Shown here: positions 1 to 11,172 of the stretch, in pieces | Numbering within the stretch: position 1 is the stretch's first letter | Layout of the letters: each line of letters begins with the position of its first letter | Assembly: GCA_963804995.1 (NCBI GenBank) | Contig: CAWDSK010000006.1 | Span: 1,408,001 to 1,472,000, forward strand | DNA length: 64,000 nucleotides | Source of the DNA: an uncultured Acidobacteriota bacterium | GTDB lineage: Bacteria > Acidobacteriota > Terriglobia > UBA7540 | Direction of reading: 5' to 3' | The notes under the pieces: generated by a model | What the model was told of the DNA's origin: nothing | What the model saw: only the letters and a program-made list of their open reading frames with translations | Database searches by the model: none | Translations under genes and position numbers: made by a program

Positions 1-1
1 G

Positions 2-928
2 ATCGAGATCAGCGAGAAAGCGGGCCTGCCGGCTCACATCCTGCACTTCAAGATCGATGGCAAGGCAAACTGGGGACAGATGGCGGAGCAGGTTAAAGAG
101 GTTCAGGCGGCGCGCGACCGTGGCGTGGACATCACGGCGAATCAGTATCCTTACATCGCCTCCATGACCGATCTCGAGACGTGCATTCCACCTAAGTACC
201 TGGCGGGGACTTCGGCGGATGAAGTGAAACGGCTCCAAGACCCCAAGGTGCGCGCGGAGATTCGCCAGGCCATCGCGACGGGATTGCCCGGCTGGGAAGC
301 AAACCAGGTGCAGAGCGTGGGGGGATGGCACGGGGTCATGGTGGCGTCGCTTCAAAAGCCGGAGAACAAGAAATACGAAGGTAAGCGCATGGATGAAATC
401 GCGAAGCTGATGGGCAAAGACCCCGTGGACGCGCTGTGCGATCTATTGGTTTCGGAAGGCGGGGCAGCGGAAGCCATCTACTTCAACATGAGTGACCAGG
501 ACGTGGAATTGGCCATGAAGGAATCCTGGGTCGGAATCGGCTCCGACGGTGGAGCGGTCTCACCGGAGATGACCTTCGTGGGCAGGCCCCATCCGCGCTT
601 CTACGGAACTTTTCCGCGTGTCCTGGGAGTCTATGTGCGCGAGAAACATGTGCTGACGCTCCCCGACGCGGTGCGCAAGATGACGTCACTTTCAGCGGCG
701 ATCACCGGCCTCACGGACCGCGGCATGCTCCGGCCGGGGATGGCGGCGGATATCACCCTCTTCAATCCCGAAACGGTGATCGATAAGGCTACCTTCGAAG
801 ATCCTATGCAGTACCCCGTGGGCATTCCGTATGTCATCGTGAACGGCACCGTGGTGATCGACCAGGGCCAGCATACTGGCGCGAAGCCGGGACGCGTGCT
901 GCGCGGTCGGGGTAAGAGCAGCGGTTAG
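2..928 (+). CDS. N-acyl-D-amino-acid deacylase / amidohydrolase (5'-truncated by window edge)
   Basis: Open frame from nt 2 (IEISEKAGLPAHILHFK); IGSDG, HPRFYGTFPRVLG and RGMLRPGMAADITLF motifs. Confidence 0.9.
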   Translation: MEISEKAGLPAHILHFKIDGKANWGQMAEQVKEVQAARDRGVDITANQYPYIASMTDLETCIPPKYLAGTSADEVKRLQDPKVRAEIRQAIATGLPGWEANQVQSVGGWHGVMVASLQKPENKKYEGKRMDEIAKLMGKDPVDALCDLLVSEGGAAEAIYFNMSDQDVELAMKESWVGIGSDGGAVSPEMTFVGRPHPRFYGTFPRVLGVYVREKHVLTLPDAVRKMTSLSAAITGLTDRGMLRPGMAADITLFNPETVIDKATFEDPMQYPVGIPYVIVNGTVVIDQGQHTGAKPGRVLRGRGKSSG

Positions 929-958
929 GGACGCGTTGCCGGGAACGAACGGGTCGCC

Positions 959-2968
959 TCACTTGGCGGGCGTGAAGATCACCGCCGCCCCGCCGCCCGG
1001 CGCGAGGTGCAGTGTGAGCTTGTCACCTGCCTTCACACGCTGGGTCGAAATCGCGAGACTCTTGGCATCCTTATCCGCATCCGCTCCGTCAGCGAAAATC
1101 TGAGTTGCAAAATCTCCCGAGCCCAAGAAGCTGAGCGGGATTTCAAGATCCCGTGCGTCCCAATTTGTCATCGCACCCAGATACCAGGTGTCGCCGTGAC
1201 GGCGGGCAATAGTGAGGTAGCGCGCCGGTTCGCCGTTCAAAACTTTCGTTTCATCCCAAACCGTGGGAACCTTATCGAGGAACTCCATCCCGGGGTTGTG
1301 GTCATAAGCTTCGGGGTAATCGGAGAGCATCACGAGCGGGCTTTCGAACACCACATACATAGCCAACTGATGGCCCCGGGTGCCCTGGCACATGGGCTCA
1401 ACATTGCGGGGTTTGAACTGGTCGCGCGTGGCGTTGTTGAAGCAGCCCGGCGTGTAGTCCATGGGCCCGGCAAGCATGCGCGTGAAGGGAATAGTGACGT
1501 CGTGTTCGGGGGTCACGCGGTCGCTCCACTTGCTGTACTCCATGCCCATCACACCTTCGCGGGTAAGGAGATTGGGGTAAGCCCGGCGCAGGCCCGTGGG
1601 CTTGTACGCTCCATGCAGGTCCACGACCATATGATGCTGCGCCGCCTTGCGGACCAGGCGCTCGTAAAAGTTCACCATCTCCTGATCATCGTGGTCCATG
1701 AAATCCACTTTGATGCCCGCCGCCCCCCACTTTGAATAGAGGTCGAGGGCTTCGTCCATCTGTTTATCGATCGCTCCCCAGTAAACCCACAGCAGCACTT
1801 TGACGCCCTTCTGCTTCCCATAAGCAATGATTCCCGGCACATCCACTTCCGGAACGTGTCGCAGGATATCTTCCGGATGCGTGTAATCCTTGGCCGGGTA
1901 CCAGCCCGCATCCACCAGCATGTACTCGAGACGGTGCTCAGCCGCGAAATCAATGTAATGCTCCATGGTGGCGGTGTTCATACCCGGCTTGAAGCTGACG
2001 CCGCGCGCGAAGCTTCCTGACCACCAATCCCACGCCGCTTTGCCGGGCTGGATCCAGGAAGTGTCCGCGAGTGCGGAAGGCGCGCTGAGGTCGAGAATAA
2101 GGTAACTGGATTCGATGAGGCCGCCCGGTCGGTCGTTGATCAGGAGCACACGCCAGGGCGAAGTCTTGGGCGTCGCGCCCACGACAACTTCATCCATGCG
2201 CTTGGAACCCTGCGAAAGTTTGCTTACCAGGGCGTTGTCGAATCCGGGGACGCCGCCGACGTACATGCCGGCGTAATCCGTCAGGTCGGCTTCCAAAAGC
2301 GCCACCCAGGGTCCGCCGGGAGTCTCCACCAGCAGCGGCAGGTTGATGATCGAAGCCGGCTTGATTTCATGCAAGCTGATGGGACGGTACTCGCCTTCGT
2401 TGCTGGTGTTGAAGCGCCCCTGGTTCAAGGCAAAAGCCGAGGCATCGCGCGCAAAATAAAAGCCCGTGTTCTCCGCCATCAGGGTGAATTTTTCAAGGCC
2501 CGCCTGTTGGGGCAGGAAGTAGCGAAAGGCCGCGCCCTCATTGTAGGCGCGGAAAATCAGGTCGACGCGGCGTCGGGGCGTTTGCTCCTCCTCGAGCGAC
2601 ACGCACAGTTGGTTGTAATGGTCGGGGACGTTCCGCTGGGCGCCGAAGGGATTCGTCCAGGCGTCGTCGTGCGAGTGCCGGTCCGTGGCGACAATCTTGA
2701 AGTCGTGATCGAGCGTCGAGGCGCCTTCGAAGTCAAGGCCCAGGGGAGAGTCCGCCAAGACAGGCACGCCCTGGTAGCTGATCCGGTAATAAGCCCGTTC
2801 CCCGGGCAAGTAGGGTTGAAGATTGGATTTGAGAGCGAAGGAAATCTCCAGTTTGCCATCGGGTGAAGCAACCGTCAGCGCTTCCGCCGCGAAGACAATT
2901 CGAGGGGGAATCAGGGTAAGCAGGATGCACGTCAACGCGAATAGAAGGTGAGATGATTTGCGTGTCAT
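959..2968 (-). CDS. Glycoside hydrolase family 97 (alpha-glucosidase/galactosidase), secreted
   Basis: Signal peptide; WIQPGKAAWDWW, GIKVDFM, REGVMGME, FTRMLAGPMDYTPG motifs; GGAGG RBS before ATG 2968. Confidence 0.93.
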   Translation of the reverse strand: MTRKSSHLLFALTCILLTLIPPRIVFAAEALTVASPDGKLEISFALKSNLQPYLPGERAYYRISYQGVPVLADSPLGLDFEGASTLDHDFKIVATDRHSHDDAWTNPFGAQRNVPDHYNQLCVSLEEEQTPRRRVDLIFRAYNEGAAFRYFLPQQAGLEKFTLMAENTGFYFARDASAFALNQGRFNTSNEGEYRPISLHEIKPASIINLPLLVETPGGPWVALLEADLTDYAGMYVGGVPGFDNALVSKLSQGSKRMDEVVVGATPKTSPWRVLLINDRPGGLIESSYLILDLSAPSALADTSWIQPGKAAWDWWSGSFARGVSFKPGMNTATMEHYIDFAAEHRLEYMLVDAGWYPAKDYTHPEDILRHVPEVDVPGIIAYGKQKGVKVLLWVYWGAIDKQMDEALDLYSKWGAAGIKVDFMDHDDQEMVNFYERLVRKAAQHHMVVDLHGAYKPTGLRRAYPNLLTREGVMGMEYSKWSDRVTPEHDVTIPFTRMLAGPMDYTPGCFNNATRDQFKPRNVEPMCQGTRGHQLAMYVVFESPLVMLSDYPEAYDHNPGMEFLDKVPTVWDETKVLNGEPARYLTIARRHGDTWYLGAMTNWDARDLEIPLSFLGSGDFATQIFADGADADKDAKSLAISTQRVKAGDKLTLHLAPGGGAAVIFTPAK

Positions 2969-2993
2969 GGATGGTCCCTCCTTGCGGGACACT

Positions 2994-3725
2994 TCATCGT
3001 GCGCAGAATTTCTTGAGCTGGCGGCAGGCTAGTTCATATTTGGGAAACTTCTTCTCAGCCTCGCGAAATTCCCGCGAGTGTATGACCCGACGATGACCGT
3101 GCCGCTCGACGGGGAAACGCATGTGCAGCATTTCGTGGTAGACAACATACTCCACCAGGTAAGGCGGGACAAGGGGCGCATCAAGCAGGCGGCTGACGAT
3201 AATCGCCCCGTGCCCGGAGTCATAGTGCCCCAGAAGGGAGCGCGCGTTCTGGTGGCTCCAGCCGAGGCGAGGCATGGGAAGCTGGTCGTGGAAGAAGCGA
3301 TGATTCAGGTGGCGGAATATCTCTTCCAGGTCATAGACCAGGCCACGGGCGGGCAACAGGCGTTTGGTCCCGCGCTCCCGCCGCACCGCGTCAATGCGGC
3401 TGCGCACCGTGGACCGGAACGTGTAGGCCAAGTAGCATTCGCGAGCCTCGCGCGAGGGACGCCGCCGGAAAATTCGCGCCAGCAGGATTTCCGCCAGCGC
3501 TTCCAGGATGATGGGCGAAGCCTCCGCCAGAACATCGGAGACGCGGGCTACCACCTTACCATTTCGCAAGGAGATAGTACTGCGCAACCCAGGAAAGGGA
3601 TGGAAGTCAGCGCAGATACCCGCGACCGGCGACTTGATTCGCAGACGGTGAAAGACCCGATGGAATAATTCGTTGAGATCGGGCGGCCCCGCCAAGGGCA
3701 AGACGAGCTGTTCGGCTGGTTTCAT
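2994..3725 (-). CDS. SprT/YgjP-like zinc metallopeptidase
   Basis: VEYVVYHEMLH (HExxH), preceded by LNHRFF and LGHYD, followed by H..EF. Confidence 0.85.
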   Translation of the reverse strand: MKPAEQLVLPLAGPPDLNELFHRVFHRLRIKSPVAGICADFHPFPGLRSTISLRNGKVVARVSDVLAEASPIILEALAEILLARIFRRRPSREARECYLAYTFRSTVRSRIDAVRRERGTKRLLPARGLVYDLEEIFRHLNHRFFHDQLPMPRLGWSHQNARSLLGHYDSGHGAIIVSRLLDAPLVPPYLVEYVVYHEMLHMRFPVERHGHRRVIHSREFREAEKKFPKYELACRQLKKFCAR

Positions 3726-3770
3726 AAGGGCAGTGGCGAATGATTGGTGGATTTTGGTTCGCCGCTCTCT

Positions 3771-3994
3771 GAAGGGCGGGGCTTTAGACCCGCCCTAGAG
3801 TTTCTACATTTCCAGCTCAGCACCACCCCCGCCGCTAGCGCGTCGCCCCTCCTCATCTGAGGAGGGGAGCCTCGCGGAACTCCCCTCCTGAATCAGGAGG
3901 GGTGGCGCGATAGCGCCGGGGTGGTTTCCGGCATGTAATTCAAGGCGTAGGTAAATGTAGAAACTCCAGCGGCGGGGCTAAAGCCCCGCCCTTC
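3771..3994. repeat. Nested palindromic element: REP-like pair > MITE > second REP-like pair
   Basis: Outer GAAGGGCGGGGCTTTAG.../...CTAAAGCCCCGCCCTTC; inner TIRs CTAGAGTTTCTACATTT (3795) / AAATGTAGAAACTCCAG (3969); core CCCCTCCTCATCTGAGGAGGGG unit. Confidence 0.8.
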
Positions 3995-4052
3995 CATCCC
4001 CCGGCAAATAAGGTTGCTATTTCCTACAACTAGCCACTAACCACTGCCTTTT

Positions 4053-4694
4053 CTAATTCTCGTCCGCGTCGGCAGGGACACCTTTCTGGTGCTCCTTCTT
4101 CCTCAGTTTCTTCTCTTCCTTGGCGCGCTTCTTCTCATCCTTCTCACGCTCCTGAACGGCGTGAGCGTCGGCCTTTTCTTCGCGTTTAATTTCCCCAAAC
4201 AACTTCACTTGCTCGGTGAAAGCCTTCGAGGCCCCGTCGAGCGCATCATCGAAATCGTCAATCGCGTCGCCAAGGTTCTTGCGGTAGGCGTCCACATAAG
4301 GATCGGATGATTGCTGAATATGCCGGAGCTGCTCCTCCTGTTTGGGTCCAGTCTCGATGAACTTCTTCAGCCCGGTGCGCATATCGCTGTGGCGGTCGTA
4401 CTGAACCTGGATCCAGTTCTTCAACTCATCGGTTATGCGAATATACTGGTCAAACTGTTGCTCAAGGTAAGCCGCGACATCGACCGTGGGATCAGGCGGG
4501 CGGTTGCGATAATCCTCAATCCGCTCGAGCCGGGTTTGGGCAAATTCCAAATACACCCCAATTCGCTCTGAAGGGTCCTGTTCTTCCCGGATCTTGTCCG
4601 CTTCCTCCTCACTCAGGTAATCCTCCTTGCGGTCAGCGCGTGTCAACCCCGGCACAGCCACGAGGAGCAGGAGTGAAGCCAATAGGGCACGCAT
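4053..4694 (-). CDS. Exported helical hypothetical protein
   Basis: Signal peptide MRALLASLLLL; helical body; K/E-rich C-terminus. Confidence 0.75.
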   Translation of the reverse strand: MRALLASLLLLVAVPGLTRADRKEDYLSEEEADKIREEQDPSERIGVYLEFAQTRLERIEDYRNRPPDPTVDVAAYLEQQFDQYIRITDELKNWIQVQYDRHSDMRTGLKKFIETGPKQEEQLRHIQQSSDPYVDAYRKNLGDAIDDFDDALDGASKAFTEQVKLFGEIKREEKADAHAVQEREKDEKKRAKEEKKLRKKEHQKGVPADADEN

Positions 4695-4701
4695 GCGGCA
4701 T

Positions 4702-5256
4702 TCACCACACTTCTGAAAAGCTGCCGGGACCCGCAAATCGCTGGGGCGTGGCAGGAGGATTGGTGGTATGAGGTTTCGAGGCGGGGAACAGCGCCTGAAG
4801 TACCTCAGTCCGAATCCGATCCATTTCCTTGGCAGCCTTCTCGATGGGAGGGCGTTCGAAATAACCCACTTTCCGGGCCATGTCTTCCAGCGTACGAGCT
4901 CGTTCGCGAAGCGCAATATCCAGCTCCTTGAATCCCTGCGGTTGTTTCGCCGCTTTCCGCCCCGATCCTTCGAAGATCTTTCCAGGAAGCCTGCATGTGC
5001 GTAACAAAGGTTTCTACCAGCTTAGCGCCCGATTCCGTGTCGCCCTTGGCATAAGCGTCCTGGGCCTGCTCGAGCTTGATTTCCGCGAGCTTCATTTCAT
5101 CCTTGGCCCTGTTTACTGGATTCTGTTCGTTTTGGATGCGTTGTACGAGTTGCTCCTCGGTCTCGCGCCCTGGGGCAGGCGAGCCAGGCAAGACCAGGAT
5201 GCCGGAAACTAACCAGCCAACCAGAATGAAGGTACAACGTCGCCACTGCATACGTA
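4702..5256 (-). pseudogene. Exported helical hypothetical protein split by a +1 frameshift near 4980 (possible sequence error)
   Basis: ORF 4805..5317 (...MQASWK) joins ORF 4702..5007 (IFEGSGRKAAKQPQGFKELDI...) if one A is removed from TGGAAAGATC. Confidence 0.7.
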
Positions 5257-5265
5257 TGATTATAG

Positions 5266-6642
5266 CTATTTCCCAAGCATTCGTCGGAGGAGCTTTGCGC
5301 GTTGTTGAGCTTGCCACTCCTGATCAGGCGCCTGGCCCTTCGAAAGTTCGAGGAAGTGCTCGTAATTCGCCAGAGCTTCTTTTCGTACGCGCAGGTGATC
5401 ATAGGACGTCGCCAAGAAGAAAAACAGGGCGGGAGGTGGGTCGGGCGCGTGCGCCAACTGCTCCAGAAGCGGAATGGCCTCCGGGTAGCGCTCTTCAAAA
5501 TAGACGCAGGTCGCAAGGCCGTAGGCAGCCTCACGGTTGTGCGGGTCCAGTTTCAGGGTGGTGCGGAACTCCGCTTCGGCTTCGGGGTATTTCTGTTGCT
5601 CCCATAGGGTCTGCCCAAGGGCGCGGTGGATATCGGCGCTATTGGACGTAGCAGCGAGGGCAAGGCGATAGTACTTCTCAGCCTCGGGGAATTTCTTCAG
5701 GGCGGAGTTGACATCACCCAGCGCCGCAGCCAGACCAGGCATATCCGGTTTGGCGTGGTAGACCGCCTCCAGATAGTCGCGAGCTTTCTCATTCTGGTTC
5801 TGCTGCAGGTACAGCCGCGCCAGGTGGAAGCGCGTCTCTAAATCATCCGGCTTCAGCGCCAGATATTTTTCAAAGTGACCGATGGCCTGGGGAGTGTCCT
5901 TCAGGTCTTCGGCGGCCAGCGCCGACCCCAGCTCCGCCTGCACAAGTTGCGGGTCCAAAGCCAAGGCTTTCCCGAACGCTGCCAGCGCCTCCGCCGGATG
6001 TTTCTCGTGGAGCTCCAGCTGGCCGAGATCAAATGGGGCCATGGCATTACGTGGGTCGAGGCGAATGACTTCCTGGAACTGCTTCGCCGCAGCGTCTGCC
6101 TGGCCGGACTGGGCGAGCGCCCGTGCATAGTAGAGGTGCGCGCGGACATGGTCAGGCTTCAAAGTCGTGGCTTTCTCAAGGTGTTCAAGCGCTGCTTGCG
6201 ATTGCTTCCCCTCAAGAAGCAGGATTCCCAGATTCAGGCGCGCTTCGAAGAGATCGGGCGCGAGTTCCAGCGTCTTTTGGTAAGCCTTGATTGCGTCAGC
6301 GTCCTGGTGAAGCCCCGTGTACGCATAGCCCAGGTTGAACCAGGCGGGGACCGAATCAGGTTGCAGTTCGATGAGGGCCTTCAGCGATTTCACGGCTTCG
6401 GCAAAATCTTTACGATTGAGAGCCTGCTGGGCGGCATCGAGAAGCGCAGCCTCCTTCGTGGCCTGCGAGGCAGCGGGCGTCGGCTTCGGGGTCTGGGCAG
6501 CGGAAGTCGACTTGCGGGTTTGCGCACCGGCCGCCCAAGCAGCAGCCAGAAGCCAGAGGGCGAGGAGGGCACTGGCGACAACGTGTGCCGGTCGCACGCC
6601 GGGTATCGAAGGTTGATCAATTTCGCGGTCGTATCGGGTCAC
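5266..6642 (-). CDS. Exported TPR-repeat protein (true start probably downstream of 6642)
   Basis: Signal-like segment followed by about 10 TPR motifs ([26 protein letters not shown]). Confidence 0.9.
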   Translation of the reverse strand: MTRYDREIDQPSIPGVRPAHVVASALLALWLLAAAWAAGAQTRKSTSAAQTPKPTPAASQATKEAALLDAAQQALNRKDFAEAVKSLKALIELQPDSVPAWFNLGYAYTGLHQDADAIKAYQKTLELAPDLFEARLNLGILLLEGKQSQAALEHLEKATTLKPDHVRAHLYYARALAQSGQADAAAKQFQEVIRLDPRNAMAPFDLGQLELHEKHPAEALAAFGKALALDPQLVQAELGSALAAEDLKDTPQAIGHFEKYLALKPDDLETRFHLARLYLQQNQNEKARDYLEAVYHAKPDMPGLAAALGDVNSALKKFPEAEKYYRLALAATSNSADIHRALGQTLWEQQKYPEAEAEFRTTLKLDPHNREAAYGLATCVYFEERYPEAIPLLEQLAHAPDPPPALFFFLATSYDHLRVRKEALANYEHFLELSKGQAPDQEWQAQQRAKLLRRMLGK

Positions 6643-9600
6643 GCGCCACCTTGGAATTCGGAAGATACTTCGCCAGGAACTTTCCAGTGAAAGAGAGGGA
6701 ATTCTTCTTCAGGCTCTCGGGCGGTCCCGCCGCCACCACATACCCACCGGAATCACCGCCTTCCGGGCCGAGGTCGATGATCCAGTCGGCCGTTTTCAAA
6801 ACGTCCATGTTGTGTTCGATGACGAGAACCGAGGCGCCGGCGTCAATCAAGCGGCGAAAAGCTGCCAGTAGCTTGCTGATGTCGTCAAAGTGCAGCCCCG
6901 TCGTGGGCTCGTCGAAGATGAAGAGCGTATTCTCGCTGGCACGATGAGCCAGGTGGGCGGCCAGGCGGACCCGCTGCGCCTCGCCTCCGGAAAGCGTGGT
7001 GGCCGATTGCCCCAGCCGCAGGTACCCCAATCCAACTTCTTCGAGCACGCGGAGTTTGCCGGTCAGCTTGGGAACATTGGAAAAGAACGCCAACGCCTCT
7101 TTGACAGTCAATTGTAAGACATCGTAGATGTTCTTCCCTTTGTAAAGAATCTCAAGAATGCTGGGCTTGAAGCGGCGTCCGCGGCACTCCTCGCACACCA
7201 GGTCAACGTCTGCGAGGAATTGCATTTCCATGGTCACCGTGCCGTCACCCTGACAGGTCTCGCAGCGTCCCCCCGGGATGTTGAAGGAGAAGTATCCGGG
7301 GGTGTAACCGCGCTTGCGAGCCGCGGGGGTGGAAGCGAAAACGTCGCGAATGGTGTCAAAGGCCTTGATGTAAGTGATGGGATTGGAGCGCGGGGTACGT
7401 CCCAGGGGCGATTGATCCACCAGCACGATATCCGAAAGCTGCTGGTCCCCCTCGATGCGGTCGTACTCGGCGCGGGGCGCGGGCATGCCACGGCGCGAAA
7501 TCAATCCGTTGTAAAGCACATCGTGGACGAGCGTGGATTTGCCGGAGCCTGAAACCCCACTGACGCACACCATGAGCCCCAAAGGAACGTCCACGTCAAT
7601 CGACTTCAAATTGTGCTGACGCGCCCCCCGGATGCGGAGCCACGCCTTGGCGGGTTTGCGCCGCTCTTCCGGTACGGGAATCTGCAACTCTCCGGAAAGA
7701 TAGCGTCCGGTGAGCGAATGCGGATCGGCGAGCAGCCCCGCCAAATCCCCCTCGTAAATGATGCGGCCGCCGTGCTCACCTGCGCCTGGCCCCAGGTCCA
7801 GGATTTTGTCGGCTTCGCGCATCATCTCCGGATCGTGCTCAACCACCAGGACGGTGTTTCCCAGATCTCGCAGGGTCTTCAAGATTTCGATCAATCGCCC
7901 GGTATCGCGCGCGTGCAGGCCAATGGAAGGCTCATCGAGAACGTAGAGCGCCCCCACCAGATTTGAACCAAGCGCCGTGGCCAACTGAATCCGCTGGGAC
8001 TCGCCACCGGAGAGGGTGGAGGCCAACCTGTCAAGCGTCAAGTATTCCAGGCCCACCCGGAAAAGGAACTTCAAGCGCGAGCGAATCTCGTCGAGAATCT
8101 TGTCCGCAATCGTCTGCTGCTGGGGAGAGAGACGAAGCTGGTTAAAGAAGTGATAAGCCTCCTGGATCGCCATGCGGCAAACGTCGGTGATATTTTTCTC
8201 GTTGATGCGGATGTGCAGGGTCTCGCGCCGCAGACGCCCGCCCTGACAATCCGGGCAGAGGGTATAGCCGCGGTATCGAGCCAGGAAAACGCGGACGTGC
8301 AACTTGTATTTCTTGCGCTCCAAATACTCGAAGAAACCACGAATGCCCTGGAAATCGTCGTCGCCTTCCACCACCCAGCGGCGCTGCTCAGCCGTGAGTT
8401 TGTAATAGGGGGTATCAAGGGGAATCCCCTTGGCCCGTGCCACGCGACGCATTTCGTTTTGAGGCATGCGATAGCGGGGCTTGGTCCAGGGCTCAACCGC
8501 GCCTTCCGCCAGCGTCTTGTTCTTGTCAGGAATCACCAGGTCAAGATCAAAATCGATAGTGTTTCCGAAACCCTGGCAGCGCGGGCAGGCGCCATAGGGA
8601 TTATTGAAGGAAAACAAACTCGGCTCAGGTTCCTGAAAAACAATCTTGCAATGCTTGCACTCAAAGCGCTCATTGAAAACCCAGCGTTCGGAGGGCGCGG
8701 TGGGATCAGGTGCAACGAATTCAAGAATCGCTTCACCGGATTCGCGATAGCAGAGTTCCACGGAATCGATCAGGCGCTGGCGGATTTCCGGGGCGGCAGC
8801 GAGCCGGTCCACCAGGATGTAGACGGGCCGCGAAAAATCCACGTCCAACAAGGATTCGGGCGTCGAGAATTCAAACACTCGCCCGTCCTGGTAAAGCCGA
8901 TTGAAGCCGCGCTGGCGGAGAGCGAAGAGCCGGGGCTTCAAGTCCTCGCCGGGTGGGGTGGGGAGCTGCGGGGTGAGGGCTGCGACCTCAGTTGCCGCAG
9001 CCTGCTTCGGCCTTCTGGATTTGCCACGGGCTTTTGGAGACGGGAGCTCGCCTGCGCCGGGTTCGGGACTTGGGGACGCAATTGAAACCGCAGGGTTGAC
9101 CTGAAACAGAACGTAGAAACGGCGGCCTGGTTCCAGGGCCAGAACGCGTCCGGCTATCTCATCGACGTTATCCTTCTTCACGATGAGCCCGCAACGGTAA
9201 CACTCCGTGACGCCGATGCGCGCGAAGAGTAAGCGCAGATAATCATAGATTTCCGTTGCCGTCGCCACGGTCGAGCGCGGATTGCGCGTGGTGTTTTTCT
9301 GGCGAATGGCCACCGGCGGCGCGATGCCGGCAATCTCATCGACATCCGGCTTCTCCATGCGCTCCAGAAACTGGCGAGCATATGCCGACAGGGATTCCAC
9401 GTAGCGGCGCTGGCCTTCGGCATATAGCGTGTCAAAGGCCAAACTGGATTTGCCCGAGCCCGAAGGCCCGGTCACCACGGTGATGCGGTTGTGGGGGATC
9501 GTGCAGTCGATGTTCTTCAGATTATGGACGCGCGCGCCGCGGACGACAATCGCCTCGTCGGGCGAATCCGGCGGGACCGCACCGGAAACCTCGGGCGCCT

Positions 9601-9697
9601 CGGGTGGCGTCAGCAGGCTGCTCCCTACGGACGGAACCGATCCCGGCGCGTCAACTCCGGCAGGTTCTCTCGTGAATTGTTGATTGCCTTCGCTCAA
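6617..9697 (-). CDS. uvrA: Excinuclease ABC subunit A
   Basis: [10 protein letters not shown]; two Walker A motifs (GSGKS); LSGGESQRI and LSGGEAQRV; zinc fingers; [10 protein letters not shown]. Confidence 0.97.
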   Translation of the reverse strand: MSEGNQQFTREPAGVDAPGSVPSVGSSLLTPPEAPEVSGAVPPDSPDEAIVVRGARVHNLKNIDCTIPHNRITVVTGPSGSGKSSLAFDTLYAEGQRRYVESLSAYARQFLERMEKPDVDEIAGIAPPVAIRQKNTTRNPRSTVATATEIYDYLRLLFARIGVTECYRCGLIVKKDNVDEIAGRVLALEPGRRFYVLFQVNPAVSIASPSPEPGAGELPSPKARGKSRRPKQAAATEVAALTPQLPTPPGEDLKPRLFALRQRGFNRLYQDGRVFEFSTPESLLDVDFSRPVYILVDRLAAAPEIRQRLIDSVELCYRESGEAILEFVAPDPTAPSERWVFNERFECKHCKIVFQEPEPSLFSFNNPYGACPRCQGFGNTIDFDLDLVIPDKNKTLAEGAVEPWTKPRYRMPQNEMRRVARAKGIPLDTPYYKLTAEQRRWVVEGDDDFQGIRGFFEYLERKKYKLHVRVFLARYRGYTLCPDCQGGRLRRETLHIRINEKNITDVCRMAIQEAYHFFNQLRLSPQQQTIADKILDEIRSRLKFLFRVGLEYLTLDRLASTLSGGESQRIQLATALGSNLVGALYVLDEPSIGLHARDTGRLIEILKTLRDLGNTVLVVEHDPEMMREADKILDLGPGAGEHGGRIIYEGDLAGLLADPHSLTGRYLSGELQIPVPEERRKPAKAWLRIRGARQHNLKSIDVDVPLGLMVCVSGVSGSGKSTLVHDVLYNGLISRRGMPAPRAEYDRIEGDQQLSDIVLVDQSPLGRTPRSNPITYIKAFDTIRDVFASTPAARKRGYTPGYFSFNIPGGRCETCQGDGTVTMEMQFLADVDLVCEECRGRRFKPSILEILYKGKNIYDVLQLTVKEALAFFSNVPKLTGKLRVLEEVGLGYLRLGQSATTLSGGEAQRVRLAAHLAHRASENTLFIFDEPTTGLHFDDISKLLAAFRRLIDAGASVLVIEHNMDVLKTADWIIDLGPEGGDSGGYVVAAGPPESLKKNSLSFTGKFLAKYLPNSKVARDPIRPRN

Positions 9698-10046
9698 GGA
9701 TTCCCCACTCCGTTACCGGGAAGCATCGCAGCCATACGTCTGCCCATTTTCGGGGCGGACACAGCGAGCCGCGGAACAGTCAGCCCAAACTCCTAATTAT
9801 ATGTCGGAGGGAATCCGTGTGTAAAACGGAACAGGTTCAGCGCGGCGGAGCGCTTGATGAAAAGTCCTGGTGAAAAACGTAGGTAGTTGGGAAAGTTGGT
9901 GGGACCTGGCGCGCTATGCCCCTCGGAGAGCAACATCTGGGACAGTCCCACATTGACAAAAGTCGGGGGAGGTTATGACAGGACCGCCCGGAAGCAGGCG
10001 GCGGGGTGCGCGCGATTCATCCCCACCGCCTGCCCAGGTATTTATC

Positions 10047-10778
10047 TTACTGATTGGGGGGATTGGTGGTATGTGCCGGGGAAGTCGCCGGCGCGCCAGG
10101 GCCGGCGCCGGGTCGGCCGGGGGGGCGGCCTTGACCTCCACGGTGTTCCATCATGTGTTCGCGCTCCGGACCTCCCGGCCCGCCGCGACCGCCGAAGCCC
10201 CGATTCTCCATCAGGGAGTGCATTTTCTTAAGCTGCTCAGGCGTGAGGACGCTCCGGGCGGTGAGCATCGTTTCCATATGTTGCTTCGCCATCTGACCGC
10301 GCAGGTCGGAGATCGCCTGAACCTTGTTCATAATGGCGTCATGGTCCGGATTGTCAGCCCGCAGCAATTCGCGGAGCTCGATGCCGTGCAATTCCAGATC
10401 GGCGCGAGTCTTTATGGAGGATTTCTCCGACTCCACGGCGAGCGCATGCAAGCGGCCCACCTGCGCATCCGTCAGATTCAGCTCCGCGCGCATGCGGGGA
10501 TTATCTGCCAGGCGAAGCAGCGCAAATCCGTGACGGCCGCGCTGCCCACCCATTCTCTCGCGCTCAAAGCCACCCTCGCGGCCCTCCATCCCAAATTGGT
10601 GGTGACCGCCCTCACCAAATTGGTGATGGCCGCCCTCACCGAATTGATGCTGCCCTGCGGGTGGTCCCTGCCAACGCTCGGGCCCACCCGGCGCATCCTG
10701 CGCCCGAGCGACCATGGCCGCCGCGAGCGCCACCATCAGACCCATCACACCCAACGCAAATAGTTTTCGCATGTTCAA
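10047..10778 (-). CDS. Periplasmic Spy/CpxP/ZraP-family protein
   Basis: Signal peptide; LNLTDAQ and VLTPEQ (LTxxQ) motifs; Gly/His-rich flanks. Confidence 0.85.
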   Translation of the reverse strand: MNMRKLFALGVMGLMVALAAAMVARAQDAPGGPERWQGPPAGQHQFGEGGHHQFGEGGHHQFGMEGREGGFERERMGGQRGRHGFALLRLADNPRMRAELNLTDAQVGRLHALAVESEKSSIKTRADLELHGIELRELLRADNPDHDAIMNKVQAISDLRGQMAKQHMETMLTARSVLTPEQLKKMHSLMENRGFGGRGGPGGPEREHMMEHRGGQGRPPGRPGAGPGAPATSPAHTTNPPNQ

Positions 10779-11018
10779 ACCCCCTGGTGTTTCTCTTGCC
10801 TACACCTCCATCATACGATGGGGAGGCTGCCGGCGTTACATCGGATTTCACAAAGGAAGCATATTTAACATAGTTAACAACGCGCCCGTTCCTGGAGGGG
10901 CGGAAGGGGGTAAAGCCGCCCGGCGGATAGAATAACCACCCCGTCGCCTACGGCGCCACGAAAATCAGGAGGGGAGTTACGCGGAGCGTTTTCATTCCTT
11001 GTGGCGCGCCGGAGGCAC

Positions 11019-11123
11019 CTTGGAGTGCGGTCGCAGCAGCTACCGCTTTCCTCTTTCGGTCCAGACGGCAAGTAGGCGAGGTGCGGAGGAAGAAAAGCGG
11101 TAGCTGCTGCTACCGCACTCCAA
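11019..11123. repeat. REP-like inverted pair (TTGGAGTGCGGT...ACCGCACTCCAA), copy 1
   Basis: Closely similar copy at 52326..52431. Confidence 0.85.
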
Positions 11124-11172
11124 GACGCTGCGCGCATTTTCATCGTCAGGGGTGCAAAGGAGGAACAAATTC

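Noticed and set aside
8940..9100. Intein or mobile insert in UvrA
   Set aside because: Low-complexity Pro/Ala/Lys loop without splicing motifs or repeat similarity
10863..10890. dif/Xer site
   Set aside because: ATTTAACATAG resembles the XerD arm, but there is no XerC arm at the 6-bp spacing
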